This document shows, in pieces, positions 9,754 to 19,841 of a stretch of 64,000 bases of DNA. Location: assembly GCA_964619725.1 (NCBI GenBank), contig CAZUFC010000021.1, forward strand, positions 16,963 to 80,962, read 5' to 3'. Every line of letters begins with the position of its first letter. Position 1 is the first letter of the stretch. The notes beneath the pieces are model-generated. The model had not been told where the DNA came from. It searched no databases and saw only the letters and a program-made list of their open reading frames with translations. Position numbers and translations under genes: made by a program. This DNA comes from an uncultured bacterium (lineage in GTDB: Bacteria; CSSED10-310; CAZUFC01).

Positions 9754-11043
9754 ATGAAAATAAAAAAAGAAAAAAATGAAAACGACGACTTTAAAACAAT
9801 AACAAAGAAGATTGAGAATTCAGGGAATAAAAAAGTTGTTATCTTTTCGCATGATGATCCTGACGGAATAACTAGCGCCATAATGTTGAATCGCCTGTTG
9901 AAAAAAATCGGGGCTGTGGTGGAAGTTAAATTCCCCGAAGGTTTTGTATTGACGAGTGAGCAGGCGGCAGAAATGGGTGAGAATACGGATTTAATGTTCA
10001 TATTGGATAAAGGGACATTCAAGTCTTACGATCAATTTTCCGGGTCTGCAAAAAAGGTGATTATTATAGATCATCATCCGCCGGGAGATTTGCCTGAAAA
10101 AGCGTTGTTTTATAATCCGTCGAAGTATGAATATACTCGATGTTCCAATTCGGCAGTGATTCGGCGTTTTATAGAAACGATAAATACGGCGGACGTCTGG
10201 GATGATTTTTACAGTTTGATGGGACTGACGGGCGATTTTGCGGTTAACTCTGTAACGGAAGAATATGCTGAATTTGATAGTGAATTCGTGAAGCGGATGC
10301 GGGAAAATTTTAAAAATTTATTTCAGCCGACCGTCCAGCGTCCGACTATGTTTGAAGTTGAGCAGCGGGAAAAGACGAGTCTGCTGCATCAATTGACGGA
10401 GGTTGTTCATGCTGTGAGCGGCGGAGGATTCCAGTTTTTTTATTCCGAGCGTGATCCCCGACTGCAGGATATTGATCCGCCAACCTACATATTCAAGCAA
10501 TTGAGCAGTTTGATGAATTCCGGCGAAGACCCCAAATCATGGGAATCGGTTGATCAGTTTATCGCTGCCTTACCGAATCCTGAACCGGGTCGTCTTATGT
10601 ATGATTTTTACCTTCAGGATTGGGATTATTACAGCCAGTTGATTGATGCCGTTATTCCGCTTGCGAAGATCAGGGATGAGGAGATTTTTCTTTTCTGCTG
10701 CGAAAACTTCAAGTTGGGGCCGATGATAGCTCCGGTGAAGCTGCATGAACTGCATCGGAACAGGCAATTCAAAGAAGCTTTGATCATCATGTATAACATC
10801 AAAGCCGATCAGGATCGTTTTTCATTCCGGACATTCCCGGGCTCTAAAACTGTAGATGCGGACCTGCTGGCCAGGCAGTTGACGCAAAATCTTAAACAGA
10901 TCGATTCTTCGGGTAATATTGCAGGAGGAGGGCATCCGGTAGCTTCGGAATGCACTGTCGTTTCCGATAAGCTTACTCCTAAAGACACATTGAAGGCATT
11001 GTTTGAAGAGATAGAGAAGTTAAAAAGCGCATTAGAAAAATAA
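9754..11043 (+). CDS. DHH-family phosphoesterase (DHH + DHHA1-like)
   Basis: Motifs HDDPDG, ILDKG, IIDHH, GLTGD and C-terminal GGGH. Confidence 0.85.
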   Translation: MKIKKEKNENDDFKTITKKIENSGNKKVVIFSHDDPDGITSAIMLNRLLKKIGAVVEVKFPEGFVLTSEQAAEMGENTDLMFILDKGTFKSYDQFSGSAKKVIIIDHHPPGDLPEKALFYNPSKYEYTRCSNSAVIRRFIETINTADVWDDFYSLMGLTGDFAVNSVTEEYAEFDSEFVKRMRENFKNLFQPTVQRPTMFEVEQREKTSLLHQLTEVVHAVSGGGFQFFYSERDPRLQDIDPPTYIFKQLSSLMNSGEDPKSWESVDQFIAALPNPEPGRLMYDFYLQDWDYYSQLIDAVIPLAKIRDEEIFLFCCENFKLGPMIAPVKLHELHRNRQFKEALIIMYNIKADQDRFSFRTFPGSKTVDADLLARQLTQNLKQIDSSGNIAGGGHPVASECTVVSDKLTPKDTLKALFEEIEKLKSALEK

Positions 11044-11119
11044 AGAAAATTTTAAAAAGCATCAGACGATTCTACAGCAATTTGTCGGATGGCGAACCAG
11101 AAAGTGATGAGGTTGAACG

Positions 11120-11527
11120 ATGACATGGAGCGAATCTGATTTTCCAAAACTTTTGGATGAGTTTTTGCGAATAATAAAAAGCGATCATTCAAATTCGTTT
11201 AAAACAGGATATATTGAACTGGCCCTGAATTGGCAAAACATTGCGCCGATTTATCCTGCGATTATTTCCGAGGTGGCGGCTAAAGCTGAAAAGCATGTTA
11301 GTGTCAATGATTTGAAGAAGGGGTGTATCGTTTCCGTAAAAAGGGGAGATGTCAAGATCACGGGTAAGTTTGAAGGTCTGGAAGAGGGTAAGATGAAATT
11401 ATCTGAGGTTACTGAAGAGAAGCGTCATGATTCTTATTTTGTCGATGCGGACGACGACGTTTTGATGTTGGACAGGGATGCATTTTATGAAGATTGGTCC
11501 ACTCTCGAACCCAAAGAAATAGAATAG
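11120..11527 (+). CDS. Small protein with a possible Sm/LSm- or SH3-like beta-barrel
   Basis: LKKGCIVSVKRGDVKITGKFEGLEEGKMKLSEV resembles the Sm1 pattern; GAGG RBS. Fold call is inference. Confidence 0.6.
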   Translation: MTWSESDFPKLLDEFLRIIKSDHSNSFKTGYIELALNWQNIAPIYPAIISEVAAKAEKHVSVNDLKKGCIVSVKRGDVKITGKFEGLEEGKMKLSEVTEEKRHDSYFVDADDDVLMLDRDAFYEDWSTLEPKEIE

Positions 11528-11550
11528 TGAAAGCAGATGGTGTGAATACA

Positions 11551-12792
11551 ATGAACAAAAAATATTTAAAACAGATTAAAGGCCCTGCGGAAATAGAAAT
11601 ACTCAAAGGAAAAGTTGAGATAATAGGATATCCTCATGAGCGCGGATACCGCTTATCGATTCCCCCCGGAAAATCAATCCCGTTAGCGCTGGATTCAGAA
11701 GATCAGATAAGATGCGAAACGGAAAACGAAGAGAACATAACGAATTTAAAGAGTTTTACTATTCCCCAGACCTGGCTTGAGATAGTAAAACGGATAAAAG
11801 AGCAGAAGCTTCGCAAGATATTGGTATTAGGCGAAATGGACACGGGAAAATCGTTTTTTTGTACCTATCTGGCCAATTCTCTGCTCTATTCGGGGCTGGA
11901 ACCTGGAATTCTGGATTGCGATCTGGGGCAATCGGATATCGGACCTCCCGGAACTCTCGGTTTCCTGAAAGTCGTCCGTCCCCTGACTTTTATTAATGAA
12001 TCAGACCCGACGCTCCTGGGCTTCATCGGCGCTCATTCTGCCGGTTTGCACATGCTAAAGGTCATAACGAGTTTTCACGGGTTGGTGACCAAGGCCATGA
12101 AGATGTGCAGTACGCTGATCGTCAATACTTCAGGCTGGGTCAACGAAAGCGGAAGGGCTTTAAAATGGGCGAAAATAGAATTTATGGACCCGGATTTAAC
12201 TGTCTTTCTGCAGAGGGAAAACGAGTTGGAGCACCTTTATAAAATGGTTCCAGAGGAGAAAGCCTTCAAACTGCATGTAAAAATCAAAAAAGGTTTAATC
12301 GCTACCAAGGCGGAAAGAAAAAATCTCAGAGAAACGGCATCCAAAGCTTACTTCAAAGATAGCGGGGAAAAGAGCTTTTCCTTTTCAGAGTTTACTGCGG
12401 TCGGAGCTTTTTTAGGGTCCGGAACCTTTCGAAGCGATCTTGAGAGGCGGCCGGAAATAGTTCATGCTGAAATACTGCCGAGTTTCGAAGGCGCTTATAT
12501 CGTGGTGAAAAAGGATACGGACCCGGAAACGATCCAGAAAATCAAAAAAGAATTCAGGACGACCAAGGTAATTGAAGAAGGATACGAAAAGGGGACGCTG
12601 ATAGGGCTGGCGAACTCGCAAAACGTATGTTCAGCTTTGGGCATAATAAAGAAAATTGACTGGAACGCCAAGGTTCTGCATTGCGTTACTCCTTTGAAAA
12701 GCTCTGAACCTATAAAATTTGTTCATTTCGGTTCTTTGAAATACAATTTTGCAGGTGAAGAAGCAGGCTTCCTGGCTCCGGGTTCCATTTGA
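11551..12792 (+). CDS. Clp1/Grc3/Nol9-family polynucleotide 5'-hydroxyl kinase
   Basis: Walker A GEMDTGKS, DCDLGQSDIGPPG, NTSGW, lid ERKNLR; N-terminal KGPAEIEILKGKVEIIG segment like archaeal/eukaryotic members. Start placed at 11551 (track: 11494). Confidence 0.88.
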   Translation: MNKKYLKQIKGPAEIEILKGKVEIIGYPHERGYRLSIPPGKSIPLALDSEDQIRCETENEENITNLKSFTIPQTWLEIVKRIKEQKLRKILVLGEMDTGKSFFCTYLANSLLYSGLEPGILDCDLGQSDIGPPGTLGFLKVVRPLTFINESDPTLLGFIGAHSAGLHMLKVITSFHGLVTKAMKMCSTLIVNTSGWVNESGRALKWAKIEFMDPDLTVFLQRENELEHLYKMVPEEKAFKLHVKIKKGLIATKAERKNLRETASKAYFKDSGEKSFSFSEFTAVGAFLGSGTFRSDLERRPEIVHAEILPSFEGAYIVVKKDTDPETIQKIKKEFRTTKVIEEGYEKGTLIGLANSQNVCSALGIIKKIDWNAKVLHCVTPLKSSEPIKFVHFGSLKYNFAGEEAGFLAPGSI

Positions 12793-12820
12793 CCGGGAAA
12801 GATGTACGGAGCATCCTTAC

Positions 12821-12987
12821 ATTTCTCATTCAAAACCTGTTACGAGCGTCTATATCCCGGCGCCTTCAAGCGCTGCTCCCTAAGGACTTGCTCAACATAG
12901 CGCTGCTGTTTCTCTGCAGTCCTGCAGTCCGCCACGCTTGAATTTACGGGAATCTGAACGCTCTCACTACGATTTTGTATGCGAAAT
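12821..12987 (+). mobile_element. MITE-like family 2, copy A
   Basis: Imperfect terminal inverted repeats atttctcattcaaaa / ttttgtatgcgaaat; homologous to 47268-47440. Confidence 0.7.
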
Positions 12988-13323
12988 CCGGAGTAGCGGT
13001 TCGGTTATATTTGTGTGATGAGTTTCCTTCATCCTCACCGATTCGGCGGTGGACAGATTGAGGTTGAAAACAGATTCGTTCTGGGTTTTCTTAACGGCCG
13101 AAGCGTAACTTCAAATGAGCAGAAGATTTTTAATTTGTCGAAAAATTAAAAATTTCCTGTTCGCGATTACAATTTTCAAGCTAAAGGAGGAAGGAGATTT
13201 CAACCGTATACCCGTCGAAGAAGCGAAAACGGCAGCTTGTGGATCAAAAAGGGACGTATACAAAAATAAGGTCAGACGGGGCTTCCTGCAGGCGTCTGCG
13301 GTTCACTGCGCAGAACATCATAT

Positions 13324-14838
13324 TTATTCAATCATAAATGCGGCGACATTCAGATCACCCAGCGCTTTGTAAGTTTCCGGCTCCGTCAGTAATGCATAAA
13401 AGTGGAAAGGACCTCCTGCCGCAACATCGCCGGGCATTTCGAAATCCAGCAGCGTCATCCTTTGCGGGGTTTTCTCTTCCAGGTGTACGCTTGTGGTCTG
13501 AGGAGTCTGAGTATAATCAGGATGGAAGAAAAAGGAGCCGTTTGCTTCAAAAAGGAGGTATAAATCGGCTGATCGGTCGGGGTAATAATTTGACAGTACG
13601 ATATCCAACCGGAAGTAATCCCCGGCCCTGTAGACGGTCCGGTTTAAATGCAGGTGAGGCGTCAATCGCCTGTCCGCTTCAGGGCCGCCGTACGCTCCGA
13701 TATCGCTGCGGCTGCCGTCGGGGTCTTCAAATTCAGGGTCTCCCGCATCCACAAGAACACTGTCTCTTTGGGGATGAAAATCAGTTGCCGGAGTAAAACC
13801 GGGATGCTCGAACAAATTATGCTCGCCCAGAGAAACGCCTTTGTTGTCCTCTTCATTATCATAAAATAAATTAAAATCGATCGAACTCGAATAGAACCCC
13901 GCTCGAAAGGCTCCGACCTCCGAACATTCCGTTATAGCGTTATTGACGATGCATATCGAGGAACCTGGAATAGGAATCAGATTGTCGGTGTAATAGATGC
14001 CGCGACTGCACCTGTTAATGACATTATTGATTATATCTGCCTGAACGACCATTTCCAGTCTTACTCCTTCATGCGCAGGGCCGGCTGCGTCTGCGGCCCT
14101 GGTTATAACGTTGTTCGTGAAGTTGAAATACGGTACGCCGATGTTTTGTATCGCCGCTTCACCGTTGTTTTCAAAAAGGTTCCGTACCGCTTCGACTTCA
14201 GCCGAAGGATAACCGAAGACGCTAACTGTTTTAATGCCGTCTGCGCCGTTGTCAGCTATTGTGTTGTCGTGGAAAGAAGCCTGTTCGACATTATATGTGT
14301 CTATGCCTGTGTTGCCGTTGTTCAGAATGCGATTTTCATGCATTCGGACTGATGCGCCCGTGCTTAAGACTCCATTGCTTCCGTTCCGTGCGACGGTATT
14401 ACGGATCATCACCAGGCTTCCTTCTCCCAGGCAATCGACTCCGTCATCATCGTTTTCGTATATGTAATTATCGATAAGCATAACATCCGAATTTTCAGCA
14501 TCTACCCCATCGTCTGACGAACCCGTTATATTGAATCCGGTCAACTCCAGCTCCGCGTTTCTTATGCTGATTACGTCATCAGCGGTATTCTCTCCGTCAA
14601 TCACCGTGGTCCCGTAACCTTCGCCTTTTATTGTCAGCTCCTTCTCCTCAACGGTCACCCCGCGACCGTAAGACCCTGCCGCTACATGAATCGTATCGCC
14701 GTCTTCTGCAGCATCCACAGCGGCCTGAATCGTTGGATACTCATCAGGCACATAACGGTCCGCCGAATGAACAGAAAAAGCCAGGGCAATAATCGATGAC
14801 CCAAAAAACAGTTTCCGCAGTATAATATAAGCCTTCAT
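13324..14838 (-). CDS. Secreted right-handed parallel beta-helix protein with C-terminal beta-sandwich-like domain
   Basis: VPDEYPTIQAAVDAA start, N..DG repeats, DPDGSRSDIGAYGG; GGAGG RBS. Confidence 0.85.
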   Translation of the reverse strand: MKAYIILRKLFFGSSIIALAFSVHSADRYVPDEYPTIQAAVDAAEDGDTIHVAAGSYGRGVTVEEKELTIKGEGYGTTVIDGENTADDVISIRNAELELTGFNITGSSDDGVDAENSDVMLIDNYIYENDDDGVDCLGEGSLVMIRNTVARNGSNGVLSTGASVRMHENRILNNGNTGIDTYNVEQASFHDNTIADNGADGIKTVSVFGYPSAEVEAVRNLFENNGEAAIQNIGVPYFNFTNNVITRAADAAGPAHEGVRLEMVVQADIINNVINRCSRGIYYTDNLIPIPGSSICIVNNAITECSEVGAFRAGFYSSSIDFNLFYDNEEDNKGVSLGEHNLFEHPGFTPATDFHPQRDSVLVDAGDPEFEDPDGSRSDIGAYGGPEADRRLTPHLHLNRTVYRAGDYFRLDIVLSNYYPDRSADLYLLFEANGSFFFHPDYTQTPQTTSVHLEEKTPQRMTLLDFEMPGDVAAGGPFHFYALLTEPETYKALGDLNVAAFMIE

Positions 14839-14938
14839 TTTTTATCCTCCTCCAAAATATCCGGTTTCTCATTATATTATAACGGGAAACTGCGGTAAAT
14901 TCCGCCGTTTCCCGCTGGTTTTTCGTTGTTGTCGATGA

Positions 14939-15811
14939 TTACTCTGTCGTAGCATCGTACCATATCTGGGCCATCATAATATGCCCCTGACAGTTCAAAT
15001 GCAGGCAGTCGCAACAAACAGAACATGGTCCGGGGGCTTCAGGGAATTCATGAAAGTGATCGGCAAAATATATGCCTTCTTCAGCGCCGCCCATTGCTTC
15101 CGTCATATCCTCCAATACAAATGAAAAATATTCCAGCAACTCATTTAAACATAAATGACAACCCTGACCGCTGCATGCCTGGAACATCTCCTTGCACGAT
15201 AATCCGTGAACAGCGGTTTCTTCAATCGGATGAACTGAGCCGATCACAACTTCAGGAATCTCATGAAAATATCTGTAACGCTCCGCAATCAACCTGACGT
15301 TCTCAGTTATCTCCACCATTTTGACCGCCAGAGCATCGCTGATAAAACAATCATCAGCAGGCACAGGAGCTTCAGCAGGATTCTGCCTGAGAAAATATTG
15401 CAGATCATTGCCGCCAATGTGCATGTAAACCCTCCTGGCTCCAGGATTCTTCTCAACGGACAAATCCACTCGGGCGAACGGCTCGAAATTGCCGCGCTTT
15501 TTATGCTTCCAACCTCCCACTTCCTTATCAGCCGTATGTCCCCCTATGCCGAAGTTGGCGATTTCAGTATCAGTCAACCTTTCCAGCTCCTCTATGAAAC
15601 CGCATGTCGACGAGCACCAGCCGCCTACGGCAATGCTGTCGCCGAAGCATATGTGGTCTTTGTTGGAGTTTTCAACGGGATTGAAATCAAAGATGCATTG
15701 CTGAAATTGCGACGTATCCAAATTCTTGCATTCAGGTTGCGGACAACAGCCGTTGATCAGAAATAACGATGTTGCCGCCAATGCTGCCGAAATCCAGGAT
15801 ATTGTTTTCAT
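14939..15811 (-). CDS. Cys-rich SGNH/GDSL hydrolase, probable lipoprotein
   Basis: LINGC lipobox-like; FGDSI, NFGIGG, GGND and DCLH blocks. Confidence 0.8.
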   Translation of the reverse strand: MKTISWISAALAATSLFLINGCCPQPECKNLDTSQFQQCIFDFNPVENSNKDHICFGDSIAVGGWCSSTCGFIEELERLTDTEIANFGIGGHTADKEVGGWKHKKRGNFEPFARVDLSVEKNPGARRVYMHIGGNDLQYFLRQNPAEAPVPADDCFISDALAVKMVEITENVRLIAERYRYFHEIPEVVIGSVHPIEETAVHGLSCKEMFQACSGQGCHLCLNELLEYFSFVLEDMTEAMGGAEEGIYFADHFHEFPEAPGPCSVCCDCLHLNCQGHIMMAQIWYDATTE

Positions 15812-16126
15812 CTTTTCCCTCCGTAATGATCGTAATTAAGTTGTTCAATAACGAGAGCGACCTCGATTTCTGATCAGCAATTTCTATGCCGTAATACAAA
15901 ATTCCGTCCAGCTTATGATACGGAGGATAAACGAAAATTCCGCTCTGAACTCCAAACACACTGTGAAATTATACAACGCCTTTCGGCAGACTTTCGTGCC
16001 TTATAAAAGTTCATCGGAGCAATACTGCTCGCCCGATGCATGCGTTTTACCGCTCAGAGGGTTTACTAGCAGGGGGTAGTGCAAACCGGCGTCTGTCGTC
16101 CCGGGTACTTGTAATTCTCATTTTTA

Positions 16127-16289
16127 GGAATCGATCAAAGATACGTCTTTTGAGGTTATAATTCGACAGAATATCCCATCATTTTGTTTCGATTACGATT
16201 ATCCGCTTTCGCCAATGCTTCAGCGGGACAGGCAGAGCGCCGCTTCGCTGAGTACGAGCACGAAGCCATAACGCCTGTTTGATCAGTCC
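16127..16289 (+). mobile_element. MITE-like family 1, copy 2
   Basis: Starts ggaatcgatcaaagatacgtcttttgaggttataattcgacagaat; ends tttgatcagtcc. Confidence 0.7.
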
Positions 16290-16439
16290 GCATTTTAACC
16301 TCCTCATCCTAAAATTCAGACAATCGGAAAAAGCCTTGCCGCTTATAAAAATATTCTCTAAAATTAACGATAACTCATTCTCTTTCCGTTCAGCAAGGAG
16401 GGCGGACATTAATTTAAATTTTTTTAAGGGGGGAGGAAA

Positions 16440-17726
16440 ATGAAAAATTTGCATAAGGGCTTACGGCGTCTCACAGGACTGTTTTCAGTATCAGGAATCA
16501 TTGTGTTCGTATTAATTTTACAGGGTATTGCGGCATCGACATGCAGAGCGGGAGGTTTCTCGGTGCTCAGCATAGGTGTGCGGCGAAGCGGGATGATGAC
16601 GGTCATGTCCGATGCTGACGATCCTACGGCGGTATTTCATAATCCGGCCTGTCTGGCGGATCAGGAGGGAACCGAATTGTACCTCTACAACAAATACGTT
16701 CACGTGGAAACGACGTTCCGGCTCAGACAGGAAAACGGGGAATTATCGGAAGAGGTTAAACCGACTCTTTCTGACGGATTGACGCCGTTTATAGGGATAA
16801 GCAGCGACCTGGGCCTGGAAAGATGGCATTTCGGATCAGCGTTGTATCTGCCTAATTGTTACGGCGCTGCGCTTCCGGAGGATGCGGTAACGAGATATCA
16901 CGGTCACAAGGCTTTATTCCTGACAGGTTATTATACTCTGGGAGCGTCGTATGAATTGACGGGGGACATTTCCCTGGGCGCTTCTTGTCATTTTATTTAC
17001 GTTTATCTGAACATGGAGCGTAAATACGATCTTTTTCAGTACAATGATCCGGACCAGGATTACAACATCGTTATTGACGCTGACGATTCGATTTTGAGCT
17101 GGTCTTTAGGCATGCGCTGGCAGATTACGGATAAAATGAGATTCGGGATAGGTTTTTATCCTCGTGAGGATGTAGAGCCGGAAGGCGATCTGGATGTGGA
17201 AGCGCCGAACGGATCGACGTTTATTGAAACTGATGTGACGACATCGATGCTGATCCCTATGAGCATTCGGATGGGTTTAAGTTATTGGTTTACGCCGAGG
17301 CTGCAGGCTGCGATGGACCTGAATTACTGGAAATATTCCGACTACAAGGAACAGAAGGTCGAAACGGGCGTTGATGAATTTTTCGGGGATTTCAGTTCTG
17401 AGAAGAATTATGATGATTCCTACGGGATTGGATTGGGTTTGCTGTTCCAAAGAAACGCACGTACGCAATACCTTTTCGGAATTCTCAGGGATTGGTCTCC
17501 CATTCCAGAGGAGTACTATACGCTTGACAGTCCCAATGCTGATGCGTTCCTTTTTTCTGCGGGTATTCAACATGACCTGGGTCCCAGGATGCAGTTGGGC
17601 GCTGCGGCTGTTGCGACCATATACGACAAAGTGGAAGTGACCGACTCAAAAACGAGTCCTCCGACCGACGGGAAGGCTACAGCTTATGCGGGAGAATTGA
17701 ACCTGGGACTTTTATACCGGTTCTGA
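16440..17726 (+). CDS. OmpP1/FadL/TodX-family outer-membrane transporter
   Basis: AGGF after signal peptide, ADDPTAVFHNPA motif, C-terminal YRF. Confidence 0.88.
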   Translation: MKNLHKGLRRLTGLFSVSGIIVFVLILQGIAASTCRAGGFSVLSIGVRRSGMMTVMSDADDPTAVFHNPACLADQEGTELYLYNKYVHVETTFRLRQENGELSEEVKPTLSDGLTPFIGISSDLGLERWHFGSALYLPNCYGAALPEDAVTRYHGHKALFLTGYYTLGASYELTGDISLGASCHFIYVYLNMERKYDLFQYNDPDQDYNIVIDADDSILSWSLGMRWQITDKMRFGIGFYPREDVEPEGDLDVEAPNGSTFIETDVTTSMLIPMSIRMGLSYWFTPRLQAAMDLNYWKYSDYKEQKVETGVDEFFGDFSSEKNYDDSYGIGLGLLFQRNARTQYLFGILRDWSPIPEEYYTLDSPNADAFLFSAGIQHDLGPRMQLGAAAVATIYDKVEVTDSKTSPPTDGKATAYAGELNLGLLYRF

Positions 17727-19817
17727 ACCGGTCGCTGCATTTATCCAGACTGGTCCGGCCCAACCCTGGTTTCCGTCGGTCTGTGTCGTTCTGAGGTAAT
17801 AGAATCCTTTTCCTTTGAATTCGTAATCATTGAATTCAAATTCATAGTATTCTTTTTCCGGATACTCGCAAAACGCTGTATCGTATTTATTCTGATGATA
17901 GCGAACGACTTCGACCGTTTTTAAAGGAAGCGTACCGATGACTTTTCCTTTCAAGGGAAGGGGAGAGACGAGTTCCAGTTCCGAACCCATGGGACGGCCG
18001 GCGACATAAAATTCCATGATGATCCTGGGTCCGGTGGTTCCGTAAACCAGTCCGGCATCCATGGCGTTCCACAGGTTTTCGGATTTGAGCGCTTGCATCC
18101 AGGCTGCCATGCGGCCGTTGGGATAAGACATTTTATAGTAACTGGCGTAATGGGCATCGCTTCCGCAAATGAGGGTGAATTTTCTGCCTTTGGCCAGTAT
18201 TTCCTGGGCGTAGCTGTCGATCCCGGGTTCAGCGGCATCCGTGGGTTGATAACCCTTTATGGGGATGTACCACGGCGGTTTTCTGCTGGGATTCCCGTCA
18301 TCGTCGGTCCCCCTGGGCAACGCCAGGAACATAATGGACCGGGCGTGGATGGGAAAAGGGTTCCCATGGAATTCGTCCGCTCCGTGCTGCGAATATATTT
18401 CCAGTAATTTCTGGTTTTTATGTTCGGCTTTTCCCCATTCGATTTTATCGCCCATTTCTTCGCCGCCCCGCCAGGCCGTATGATGAGGAATAATGATTAC
18501 AGGCGCATCCTTATAAGAATCCAGCAGCTTATCCGCGTTTAAACCCCGTTCGTCCAGATGATCGATGAAATGCCTGGCGGTTCCGGGTTTAAAATATATA
18601 TTCCTGTGGCCCTGTTCGTGATGAGTCCATTCATAAGCGACCAGGGTGACGAATTGACCGGGGCTGTCGAATGCTTCCGCTGTCCTTTCCATGCAGCGCC
18701 ATTTATAAAGTTCATGTCTGACCTTCGGAATGCGGCTCAAATCTCTGTCCTTAACCATATAATATGTTACCAAATTAAGGTCATGATCGGTGACGGCCGC
18801 AAAATCGAGATGCTCATGATCGCGCATGTGAGTGAATACGGTTTCGGGTTTCCATTCGCCGTCGCTGAGAATGCTTTGAGTATGGATATCGCCCCAGTAA
18901 AGCCTGGGGCCTTCTTTTCTGCACTCTATGGGATTGCTTCGAGCCTGGAATCCGCCGGCTTCGTCGCGAACCGTTATCCAATACAGGCCATCCCGGGGCG
19001 CCGAAGCCTTGAAACTTTTTTGTCCGCCGTCTCCTTTCCCGATATTTACTGAGGAAGGCAATTGCAATCCGTTCGATTCAATTTGTATTTTCGCCGTATA
19101 GGTGGGGTCGGGTTCAGGATAAATATCTACGCTGCCGCTCATTACTTTGACCTGGAATTTTTCGCCGGGACGAGGCGTTGAAGGAGCAAAAACAAGCAAT
19201 TCCCGGACCCTGCCGTAAGTTTTTAAAGCAGGCGATTTTTCAATCAATTGATAATCGCCGCTGCCGTCGGCATCGGTTTCAACGGCTACGTCAATTACGG
19301 TAGGATAATGGGGCGTTTTGAGCCTGTCGCCGGCGCCTACCTGAATCGCTATTTCTTGCCCAGGAGCTAATTCTCCCTTAACCACTCGAATGCCAACCGC
19401 AGAAACGGCATGGTGCATATCTTTTAAATTGAATACGGGCTTGCCTCGCCAGGTGGTATAAAGAAATCTTCCCGTCCATTTCGCTGATTTAATCAGTCCC
19501 GTTTCCTCAATCTTTACTTTGACGCCGGCGGGGCTCTCCGTCCCATAGAATTTTTTCGTATACATCCAGGGATTCAGCGTATACCACCAGTTATTGAAGA
19601 CTGGAACTTCAATCCTCTTTTTATCCTCATAATTAATGACCTGGCACGGAAACAGAAAACGGATGCCTCCGCCTTTCCTTATGCCCGGTCCGCCGACTGT
19701 GTAAATCAGTTTAAAACTGCAATGAGAGGAGTTGGCCGGAAGCAACGAAGGTTCCAGACGCGCCTGTCCATGCCGACCCTTTTTATTTTCACTTGTCGTT
19801 TTGGCCTTCTCATTCAT
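17712..19817 (-). CDS. PHP-like metallohydrolase (DUF3604/CehA-McbA-like)
   Basis: YWGDIHTQS..SDG, VTDHD, YEWT..GHRN, IPHH, GSDAH, YGTTGPRI motifs. Confidence 0.8.
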   Translation of the reverse strand: MNEKAKTTSENKKGRHGQARLEPSLLPANSSHCSFKLIYTVGGPGIRKGGGIRFLFPCQVINYEDKKRIEVPVFNNWWYTLNPWMYTKKFYGTESPAGVKVKIEETGLIKSAKWTGRFLYTTWRGKPVFNLKDMHHAVSAVGIRVVKGELAPGQEIAIQVGAGDRLKTPHYPTVIDVAVETDADGSGDYQLIEKSPALKTYGRVRELLVFAPSTPRPGEKFQVKVMSGSVDIYPEPDPTYTAKIQIESNGLQLPSSVNIGKGDGGQKSFKASAPRDGLYWITVRDEAGGFQARSNPIECRKEGPRLYWGDIHTQSILSDGEWKPETVFTHMRDHEHLDFAAVTDHDLNLVTYYMVKDRDLSRIPKVRHELYKWRCMERTAEAFDSPGQFVTLVAYEWTHHEQGHRNIYFKPGTARHFIDHLDERGLNADKLLDSYKDAPVIIIPHHTAWRGGEEMGDKIEWGKAEHKNQKLLEIYSQHGADEFHGNPFPIHARSIMFLALPRGTDDDGNPSRKPPWYIPIKGYQPTDAAEPGIDSYAQEILAKGRKFTLICGSDAHYASYYKMSYPNGRMAAWMQALKSENLWNAMDAGLVYGTTGPRIIMEFYVAGRPMGSELELVSPLPLKGKVIGTLPLKTVEVVRYHQNKYDTAFCEYPEKEYYEFEFNDYEFKGKGFYYLRTTQTDGNQGWAGPVWINAATGSEPV

Positions 19818-19841
19818 GAATTTTCCGTCACGGGCATGGTA

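Noticed and set aside
16060-16115. c-di-GMP-I riboswitch-like GCAAACC
   Set aside because: Downstream GNRA loop, GGGACGCAAAGC and second stem are not present.
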